NCBI RefSeq assembly: GCF_964204645.1
Contig: NC_134026.1
Span: 17,642,150 to 17,706,149, forward strand
Length of the DNA stretch: 64,000 nucleotides
DNA from: Tubulanus polymorphus
Lineage: Eukaryota; Animalia; Nemertea
Reading direction: 5' to 3'
Shown: one piece after another, positions 13,401-24,800 of the stretch
How the letters are laid out: every line of letters starts with the position of its first letter
Position numbering within the stretch: the first letter of the stretch is position 1
Position numbers and translations under genes: made by a program
The notes under the pieces: generated by a model
What the model was told of the DNA's origin: nothing
The model's input: only the letters and a program-made list of their open reading frames with translations
The model's database searches: none

Positions 13401-16400
13401 TGTGGTAAATACCAGGATTTAAAACAATCTAATATTACGCCCGGGTGTTTCAGCTTCCGCGGCCATACATTGGAAGAGGTTTCGTTTCCAAGACTCAATA
13501 TTCAGCCACCCTTTGATATGTGACATCATATGAATTTTATTTGAATATTTTTTTTCATATTGTGAAAAATATTTTTTTGAAAATATAAAATAGTTTCCCT
13601 GCCACGCCTACCTGTACCCTACGAAATTTTGGACGTAGACCATACACAAATGTTTATCTTTGGTCTTAATTGCTAAGAAATAATTCTTTAAGAAAGATAA
13701 AATACAATATAAACTTCTAGAACTTCGAAGTCACGAATTAAAAAGATTTTTCAAGCAATGCCCTTACTCCAAACAACCTCTAGCTTTCAAGGTAAACCAC
13801 ACTTTGCCCATGGGCAATTTATTGTATACTTGCCATTGAAGCTGGTGTCATGGGCTGACCACTGCAACCACTTGTGGAAACCATATTCTTATTTTGATTG
13901 TATCATTTGGCAATAAAGAGGTAACTGAATGGCCAGACCCTTGAGTGTCTCACCAGCACTAGGCGCTACTAATCTGAAAAAGTACCATTTTCATTGTATC
14001 TTCTTAACAGTGTTGATTTAGCCTCACACCTTCCCCTTCAGCAACTATGGCTCTTGTAGGGCCCATTCATAACTTCGCCATATCACTGGTGTGCTCATAT
14101 CTGTCAACTTTTCGGTGTAATATAAATAGTTGTGTGAATTTGCTGAAGGCAATTCCATGTGTAACTAGTATTGGAGCTTGTTGCCTCATGCTGGCAAATC
14201 CCAAAGCTATTCGTTGAGATTCAGAAGAATAAAATCATGTTACAGGGTTTGTGGCAGGCCTGAAATCCTGAGGCCTTGAACATTTGCTGGCAGATGTAAA
14301 ACATTAACCTCTTAATTCAGGGTTCATAGTCCTTTGGTCTTGAAAATCGATTTTGGGGCCTTGAATTTTAAAAATGTTGCAAATCTGTAGATTTGTGATT
14401 GTTTTTCTATAATGATGGAAATTTGGTCACTGGCTAGAAAATTTGCAAATTTCTTTAAATGTTGCTGCAGTTGCCAGTGAATTTTGCATAACATGGGCAG
14501 TGAATGGCAGTGGCATAATGAACCCTGTTAAAGCTGTTTTGATAGTTTTTTAATGGATGAAGCGAGGATATATTGCTGTAAAAGGTTTTTCTTGAGGGTA
14601 AAAGCCTTGAAAGTGCTTCTCAAATGGCCTTGAATTTGGGTTGCAATAAACCCTGTAATAACTTACCACAGTATAATCTACCAATGCTTCAAGGCTCATG
14701 GGCCTCTTGTTATGAACATGATTTTCCAATCGATTTTTGTGATCGACCAACTAGCTCCGCGAGCGATTTGGTGATTTGACTTCCAAGATGGCGGCACCGG
14801 GTAGTTGATAAAGATACAATCCTTTTCTTAACTTTATATCTTGTGATCAGACTAAACCATTGTCACTTTTACAAAAGTTCGATTTGATCGCACGATCGGA
14901 CCAAATCATTCACGAAATCTATCGCAAAAATCGGATGCTTGTAATAACGCCTCTGCATTGTCGTAGTCGAAGCCTTCCTAAAAATTCAACATTGAACATA
15001 TAACTACGTTATTCCAAGTTCGAGATGAGTTTTGTTAAATAGTTACCAGCTTATCGGTTTTCATTGATAATCAAAGAGACCAGCTTACTCTGCAGAGAAC
15101 AATGCCACTCTACTCATTATGTTTTTACCCTTTCTTGCAGAGAATGAATTTACTTTCGTGTCAAAATTTCTTTATTACAGAGATTTCTTGACCGAGCTCA
15201 TCCCTCTGACAATGAATAACAGCAAGACAAGTTTCAAAGACTTTTATTTTGTGAATTCGCTGGACGAAAATCTTCCCAGTGGTGAAACTGAATGGTTTAT
15301 TGATCCTCCAGTTGTTCAACCACCAATCATTCAAAGACCTGGTACGTTTTTGCCCTGTAATTCTGAAACAGATCCCAAGGTCCTCATATTTAGATAGAAA
15401 GTAGCATGCCAGATTTCCTTGGGAATCAAAATGAAGTTGAACTTAACTTCATAGAATTTCCATCATACATATGTTCAAGTTACATGATAATTAACACAAA
15501 AATTTGTTCTATGCGGAAACTTCCATTATTGCTCTCATTGGCTTTTGATGATGATGTCATTCATACGGTATCCTGTATTATGCTAATAAGCCAAGTTTTT
15601 TGATTGTCATAATAACAAGACAGAATTCTATAGACAGAATCTAGTTTTCTTGGGACATTCTCGATACGCTTTGATGTATGGTATAGATATTTGGTGTATG
15701 TAATTACCCTAGCTGCATATGTACCCCAAAGATTGGCATGACAATTGGCTGTGATCAGAATCAAGATGGCTCTTCCAATATGGCAGCCATGGTGGACATC
15801 TTGAATTTATTGTTAGCGATCTACACAGTTCAAATTATGTGCAATTTTCTTGAAAGTTGGTGGCTATAATGGGATAGGTCCAGGGATAAAATCTATTGAT
15901 AATTTGCTTTCTCGTACTTCCAATGCGGCCGCCATGGCAGACATCTTGAATTGCTTGTTGGCGCTCTACACACATGGAATAATGTGCTAATTCTCTTAAC
16001 TTGATATGTGTTATGGGTAGGTCCATGAATTACACCCATTGAAAATCAGCTTTCTCACTCATCTAATATGGCCACCAAGGCTCTTCCAAGAAAAAATTAA
16101 CTCTTAAATACCAGGGTGTTTCTAAATACCACTACTTTCTTATTGGGTTTACATATCAACAGTTTTATTGTGAAATTTAGCGACCAGTACTAAAAACATG
16201 GTGACTTAGTGTGAATTTTAGCAGAGCTGCCAACCATCCCGTATTTCACAGGACAGTCATAGAATTTTATAGTTTGTCCCGCTATCCCGGGAAGTATTAA
16301 AATGTCACAGATTTTTTAAACAATTGTCTTCTGTCACAGCTTTTATTATAATTTCATTCATTTCAATGGAAAGTTGGCTACTTTTTGCTAGCTGTACAGG

Positions 16401-18821
16401 CAATTTATATACATCATAGTAGTGATATGATAAGGCAAGTGAACACTGGTGCTAGCAGTAGGTACATAACTTTTTCCCACGTAGAATTAGATTTCCTGAA
16501 TATTTTCTGTGAATTTAATGAAACTTTCGTCCAGGATGCAGCTCTCTCCACCTGGGCACAAGATAATGCTTGATGTATGGTTAAAAAGCTTTAGATACTG
16601 AAAGTTTAGGATGTCCCTGAAAGTTGGCAGCTCTGGTTAGCTATTCTATAACCTCAGATGCTGTGATAGGGCTTCCAATAAGAAAATTTTCAAAACCCCA
16701 AAACCTGGCTTTGCATCTTCGGTGCTTGCTTCGTTGTAACATAAAATGTTCAGGGCCCGGTTTCATAGACTGAGTATTAAAGTTATCCCTAGGGATAAAT
16801 CCTCAATCTGGGTGACAACCACCATAGTAACAATGAGAAACCACCGAACTGACAAATTTCAAAATGTTCCCAGGGACTATTTTTCTTCCACATCTATGAA
16901 ACCACAGCCGTCGGAAGGAATTTTTCAGTGGCGAGGCTTATTTCTGAAGAGTCTTGGGCCCTTCCCCTGAAAAATTTTGATGATTCAATCACCGGACATG
17001 CGTCATGGGGCCATTTCATGGTCTCATTCACAAAAGCATGAGAAGTCGTGAGCCAACCACCTAGTACAGAGAACGGCGAGCTGCTAGGCGGTACAGCGTG
17101 CTTTTGAAAAAGCATTAAAAAATTTTCCATTTTTGTTAAGCAAAAAAGTGGGGCGGCTTTGACCGCCCCTGCCGCCCCCGTTCTGACGGCTCTGGAAACC
17201 CAGTTGACATTTTACTGATACTTAGTAATAAATACCTGTAATTGTTTGTAGTTCCAACCAAGATCAACGAACCTGAAGAAATTAAAGCTGCAACAGAATC
17301 TGCAGAAAGTGATGTATTGCGTAATTGGCCACCGGGGCCACCTGCAGGCTATGGCAAGAACCCAACCAGTAAGAGACTCCATCTTATTTTATCGTTTTAT
17401 TATTATTTTTTTTTTCATCGTTTTTTATGCTCCGCTTAAATTTCATTGAATGTCGATTTACCTTTTTCTGTCAGCGGACAAAGGTGGATCCAATTTTCCA
17501 ATACAATTTTTAGGGGCGTTTTTTCTTTTAGATTTCACTTTAATGTCACTTTCGTGCCTGAAAATTGCATTGAAATTTCACTGAAATTTTCCAGACCCCA
17601 TTTTGGCTTTGCATAGATCCTCCCCTGAACAACCCCACAACTTATGCTGTCACTGATCAACTACTACGACTCCTTGTCTAAAAACTCGAAAGTGGTATAC
17701 AATCGATAGCAAAACTGTATTTCAGTAGGAATTTTGAATGGTAACATAACAAATTCTGCCACACAATTTGATAATTATTCTTTAAAGGTCACTGCATTTC
17801 ATTTTAATCTAGAACGTTTCTGGTATTAGTATTGACTAAACACTAAGAAATACTCGCTCAAGAACAGAGTCATAAAACAACTTAACACTTCATTTTGTGT
17901 CATGGCTAATGAATTTGATGTTGTTCTTTGAAATGGGCCTCTGGTGTAGGTTAAGGATTTGGCAAACAAGTTGTCACTGATCCAAGCGTAGAGGTGTCCA
18001 GTCTGATCTAGTTTGTTATTGTTATAGATAGTATTGTTTGATGTTGATATATTTTAAACATTATTTTAGATACAAATGTTCCCCATCCAACATCTACGAT
18101 GTGGCCACCACCAAGACCAGGGGAAGACAAATTGCCCACTGGTAATGTCGACCATAGTAAGATGGATCAAACCGGTGGTTTTCCTTTGGTTAGTGGTACT
18201 GCATGTACAGCTTCACCATACGGTATTGGAACTGCTACTACTGCTGACAGTAGGAACACAGACAAAACTTACAGTGGTCCTGCATTGATTAGTGGATCAG
18301 TTGGTTCTGATGGTGGTGCAGGACACCATCAACCAGTCATGAATGCAACTCATTTACCCACATCTGACAGCGGTAAGTATCTAAAGGCTATATTTTCTTC
18401 AAGTACTGTACCCTTTCCTATGGTTTTTGCCAATATTCGCCGGTCATTCACCTGTTCATCCGGTTCAGGTTCCGACGACCGGTTCTGAACTGGTCCCTGG
18501 CATTACCCAGGTATCAGTGTGCGATAGTCAGGATGCCGGCACAAGACATAAGGTTCGGCTTCAAGCACCGGTCCGGTCCAGGTGTCACCGGGTTCTGAAC
18601 TTCTGGTTCGGTCAGCATCGGCACATGAGTCGTCCGACTGACGTTTCGAAATCGAAAAAAACTCCAGGGTTGTTGGAAGAGGTCGTTCTACTTGAAGCTG
18701 GAGTCATTGTAGAAGCGCGCAAGGTCACCTTCCCTGACTCGTAACACGGTTAGTCATGCTGTATCTCTCTCCCGTTCAGTTTTATCCGAACCTGCGGGGG
18801 ACATGCCATTTAGAGCAATGA

Positions 18822-18854
<33 letters not shown>

Positions 18855-21800
18855 CATTTAGAGCATGATAAGTGAGTTTTTCGTCAAACATGGGCAGCTC
18901 CTATGGTCGGTGAGTCAATGGAACTTATTGCCCTCCGGACTCTGATCTAAACATTTTACGTGAATCGTTCTGTTGTTTCAAGAGAATGGGCTCGATTAGA
19001 TACGCAATTATGGGGTGAATCTTGCCCTGGAACGTTTTCATTAACCACGGATTATACTCAGATCAGACATTCCAAGGTTCCAAATGACCAAACCCAGGGA
19101 TGTGATTCATGGGCTCTGTCCGGATCAAGGGGCAGTTTCATTGGTCCTGCTTATTATCAGGTTCCAATTTACCCAAAATCTCGGCAATATCTCAGGATAA
19201 AGTGGAAAGACCGCCAGTTCCAGTTCAGGTCTCTTCCATTTAGCCTCAGTACGGCCCTGTGGGTTTTCACCAAGTCAGTCAAGTTGTTGCAGATGACAAA
19301 CGAAGTCAGTCGATTCTTCTCATTGATGCGTTTATTTTCAAATTACGACGACAAAAAACAAACGACGAATATTACACGTTTCTACAAAAACAAATATTAT
19401 AAGGGTAGGAAATGTTGTAAACAGTTACAATAATTAATTAATATAAATTTGCACAAAACTTACATGACGACTGAGGGAGATTCCAATATAGCAAGCACAC
19501 AGACAAGCACTGATACTCCGAGGAGCTCGAACGACCAAGTGCCAAAAATATTACACAAAATGCGGGAGTAACCCGGAAACGGATATGCCAATAAACTTTG
19601 AGGCGGGAAAATAACAATACCAGACAACAACAACAATACTACCGAATACTGGAATACTGACAAGAGAACGAACAAAAGAACGACCAACTACCGTTACACT
19701 TTATACAAACAAATAACTTTACATATAACATATACATTGACTTCACATTCCCGGCCTCATTAAATTACTTAAGGGAATTTAATCAAACGAAACTCGTGAA
19801 AAACGTGAATTACTATTAATTCAACGAGCGAAAACGTCTTAAATTTACTTTTCGCAACCTTCCAAGAAAACACATTTATGGACGGGTCGTATAATCTCAC
19901 CATTTTTTGTTTTAACACGCACTTTCCTAACGTGACCCTCTTTATCTGGATATGTGTTCAGTACACGTGCCATAGGCCATAAACTTCGTAAGACTTGATT
20001 ATCCACAATTAAGACTAAGTCTCCTACCGAGAGGTTTTTACGCGACTCAAACCATTTTGAACGTTACTGGAGTAGCGGCAAATATTCTGCTGACCACCTA
20101 CGCCAAAACACGTCAGCGAGATATTGAATTTGGCGCCAACGTTTTCGCGAATAATTATCAATACCCGTAAATTTCCCAGGTGGTAAATCAGGCCCATATC
20201 GAAGTAAGAGCAAATGATTAGGTGATAGTGCGTCTAAATCGTTGGGGTCATCCGATGTTGCAGTAAGTGGACGCCCGTTTACAATACATTCCACTTCGCA
20301 GAACAAGGTACTCAACCCTTCGTCATCTACGATTTGTTCACTTAATACGCAACCTAAAATTTCGCGCACTGACCTAATCATTCGCTCCCACACACCACCC
20401 ATGTGTGAGGCAGTTGGTGGATTAAAAACCCATTCAATTTCACACTGCAAAAGGAACTCGTGAATTTGATCTTGATTCCATTCGGATACCGCCTTTTTTA
20501 ACTCCCGTTGGCCTCCAACAAAGTTTGTACCATTATCACTCCTGATACGTAAGGGGTTACCGCGTCGTCTGATAAACCGACGGAGTGCACAAATAAATGA
20601 ATCGGTACTCAAAGAATGGCAAACTTCGATGTGAATAGCCCAACAGGTGAGACACGTAAACAAACAACCGTAACGTTTAACTTGCGCCCGGCCCCGTTTG
20701 ACGAGAAACGGCCCAAAGCAATCGATCCCCACATTTGTAAATGGGGGTAAATTCGGAGTAACCCTATCTTCTGGTAGGTCAGACATCTTTTGTCCTACAG
20801 CCTTAGCCCTTTGTTTCCTACAAGTAATACAGGCATTTAATCTACGCCTAATAGCCGATTTAGCGTTAATTAGCCAATATTTCTTTCTAATGTTTGATAA
20901 GACGTACTCACACCCCCTATGCGCATACACTCTATGATAATAATCAATAATTAATGTACATAGGTGGCTTTTCTTTGGAACTATGATTGGGTGTTTACGT
21001 TTATCCGGTAATGTCGAGCGCCTGAGACGGCCACCTACACAAAGGAGTCCGTCAACCAAGACAGGATCTAACGGGATAAGGGAACTTGTCCTTTTAAGAG
21101 AGTGACTGCATTCGTCAGGGTAATACCGTTTTTGTACGTAACCTAATATTGCATTCTCTGCACGTCTCAACTCGGAAACTGTTATACGATTGGATTTCAC
21201 CACAGAGTCGATTTTCCGAACTCTACTCAATAGTCGAGATTTGAGCCTCAGGATCCAGGCTACACATTTCTTGAGTTTGTACCAAGAAGAAAATTGACTA
21301 AATGAGTTAAGTAGATGGTTTTCGTCCACCTCAACCGTGTTAACCGTCTTTCTTAACTCTTGATCGGAAGGGTCTATATCAAAATTCACGTCATCTGGCT
21401 GTTTGGGCCATTGAGATTCATCTCTCCAAAGAAACTCTGGTCCCATTAACCATCTCGACGAGATAATAAGTTCAGTTGGCTTTAAACCGCGAGAAGCGTC
21501 ATCAGCTGGGTTGAGGCAGCCATCGATGAAGCGCCATTGACATGGTTTAGAGTGTTCTCTTATTGCTGACACCCTGTTTGCTACATAAACTTGAAACCGT
21601 TTATCCTCGTTTCGAATATATTTGAGGACTGCTGTACTGTCCGTCCAGAAATATGAGGTTTCGATAGGTATGTCGATCTCTTTTAGTATCATGCCGTCGA
21701 GTTGCGTTGACAAAACTGCAGCGGCCAACTCAAGTCGTGGAATGCTCACGGTTTTCAGAGGCGTCACTCTAGACTTACCGAGCACGAAACTACAATGCAC

Positions 21801-24800
21801 CGTCGTGCCATCGAATAACCTCAGAAAACTAACTGCACCGTATCCAATCTCAGCAGCATCAGAAAAATGATGTAACTGAGCGGATATTGGATCATCGAAG
21901 CCTGATGGTTTAAAACATCTACCGATGCGTAAACCTTCTAAACTAGGTAATTCGTTTAGCCATTTCAACCAAAACTCATCGCACCAGGCGGGAATTATGT
22001 CATCCCACCCTAACTTAATCCTACACATCTCTTGTAACAATGATTTTACGGGCAATGATATAGGTGAAGTAAATCCGATAGGGTCATACAGGGAACTGAC
22101 CGTAGATAAGATACCACGTCCAGTTTTGGGCTTCGAATGGTCGATTTTAACTCGAACAAGTAAAGAGTCAGACTCCATATCCCATAATACGCCAAGAGAA
22201 CGCTCCATAGGCAGTTGCTCAATATTGAAATCTAAATCTTTTATCATTTTTGCCCTTTCGGTCTCTGGCACGCTTTCAAGTACCTGTCGAGAATTCGATG
22301 AAATTTGAGTTAACCGAAATCCCCCTTTAGCTAAAATTTCGATCAATTGGCTCAAAAGTCTTACTGCGTCGTGAACAGTCCCGACGGATTTCAAACAATC
22401 GTCTACATAAAAATTACGCAGAACGGTATCAGTTACAGAAGCATCGAATAATTCTGTGTTGTCCAATGCGCACCTTCGAAGAGCAAAACTGCTGCAAGAA
22501 GGCGAAGATGTTGCACCAAAAAGATGCACGCGCATTCTGTATTCATCTGGATTAGCGTCTAAATTACGATTCGTCCACCATAAAAACTGTAAGGCATCGC
22601 ACAACGACGGCGTCACTCGGACTTGGTGGAACATTCCTTCAATATCCGCAATAAAGGCTATTCTTTCTTGCCTGAATCTTGTCAAAACTCCAAGCAGGGA
22701 GTTCGTCAAGTCCGGGCCTTGAAGAAGATGATCGTTCAACGAGAATTCCAAATATTTCGATGAACAATTAAACACGACTCTGATTTTCTTTTTTGTAGGG
22801 TGATATACATTGTGATGTGGTAGGTACCAGACCATACCGTCGTCTCGATCTAAGTCAATTGTAGGAACTTTCTCACAGAATCCAGATTTTATCATATTAT
22901 CAAGGAAATCGGCATATTCTTTCAACAACATAGGGTCGCTGAGAAAACGTTTTTTCAAACTTTTCAAACGATGTAAAGCCAAAGCCCTATTATTGGGCAT
23001 ATTAATCTGTTCATCCCGAAAGGGTAAATCTATTTGATAATGCTTATCGTCAGTTAGAGTGACGGATGATTCCATAATCTCTAAAGCCCGTTTGTCTTCT
23101 TGAGACATGCATTTAGTATCATCCGAAATTCGATCATTGAATTCTAAGTCGCAATATAGCTGAAATTGTCTCGTCAGTTCGCTGTCGCGTCTATCTTCGT
23201 TTCTATTTATGCTAAAGGCCATTTTGTTGGTTACACATGTACTCCCACCAAGAGGACCATTGACAGCCCACCCAAATATAGTTTTGACAGCGTGGGGCCC
23301 TCCGTTGGTGCTACTTATGACCTCTAAGGGCTCTAACACATGATGATTGTCATTACCTACGATTAGCCCAACGTAAGCATTGACGTCAGCTAAAACAACA
23401 CCGCTTAAATACGAGTATCCGTTTAAATCGGACTGTCTGGGAATGTCTTTCTCAGACATAGGCAAAGAAGGTCTCGAAAATACATTTGTCAATTCCGTAC
23501 TGTATGTTCCGTCTAAGTCCAATACTTTCAAGTCAGTTACATAAGATTGAGTCAAATTGTCAGCCTCTGTCAAAGTTGATAACGATAGGTTAGTTTGACG
23601 CAAGTCACTGTAAATAAATCCTAAATCTTTTATCAGATTTTCGTTGCAGAATGTAGAGGTGCTGCCGGTATCTAACAAGGCGTATGTAATAAATTCGAAC
23701 CCACCACAACCCTTGATTTTCACTGGCACTATTGGCAAACCTATGCGACGTGTTATATTTTGTTTAACGCACTGATTGGTTGCAGATAAACTTTGCCCAT
23801 TTTCTGTCACATTGCCAGTTGCCGTCGATGGCTGTGGTGAATTACGATTATCGTGGTGAATCATTCCTTCCGTAAGCCGATTTGAACAAGGTACAGAACT
23901 ACTATTGACAACGTTTGGCGACAAAGTGTATCTGTGCAATAGCGTGTTGTGTCGACTGTGACACACTTCGCAGAATTCCATACTTTGACATTGCTGCGCG
24001 ATATGGTTTTGACCTAAACATAAAAAACATAACCGCTTCTGCTTCAATACCTTAACCCTCTGGTCATATGAGTACCCTCTGAATTTGTAGCAGTTTGACA
24101 AAGAATGATTACTAACTGAACACAATTGACAAACCGTAGAACTGGGTGTTCTAATAGTATCGAGATTAACTCGTTGATTTTGATTACGATTCATACATTG
24201 ATTATACGAGCTGATAGCAAAATTACGCTGGCCCAACTGTCCGACTGGATTATTAGGTTTTCGATAACCGCCTTTGGATAAAGAGCTTTGACCACTTAAA
24301 TCGGATCTTTTATAACCATCGGAAAGCTTACCGAAAACCGGATGATTTAACACTCTAGCTTCCGCTTGAACAAAATTAGAAATATCGTCAAGTCGAATTT
24401 CGCGATCATTAAACGTAGTGATATAATCTGCTTTGACACGCCATTTTTTACGCAAATCATAAGGGAGTCTAGCTATAATTCGGCGCAGATTATCTGGGTT
24501 TTCAACCTTACTTAAGTAGCCTATTTCACCCAAAGTATTCTTACAACTTATAAGTTTCATAGAGTAATTATGGAGAGCTTGACCATCTTCTGATTTTATC
24601 ACCGGGCCTTCAATTAAATTATCAACAAGTACTGATGCAATTATATAATTGTTACCGTAGTGTTCTTTCAACAAACGCTTCGCCTCTGAGTACCCGATGT
24701 CTGGTGGTTGCTCCATGCAGCTTCGCACTAACTCTTTCACCTCACCGCGCGTATATTGCATTAGATAATACAGCCTTTGGCTACTGCAATCGGTTTTACT

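Noticed and set aside
14243-14655. Nested CAGGGTT..AACCCTG elements
   Set aside because: Short TIRs are visible but no convincing TSDs, so left unannotated
18960-19433. 157-aa ORF as a gene
   Set aside because: Chimera of the DIRS RT fragment and the BEL LTR, joined at 19285
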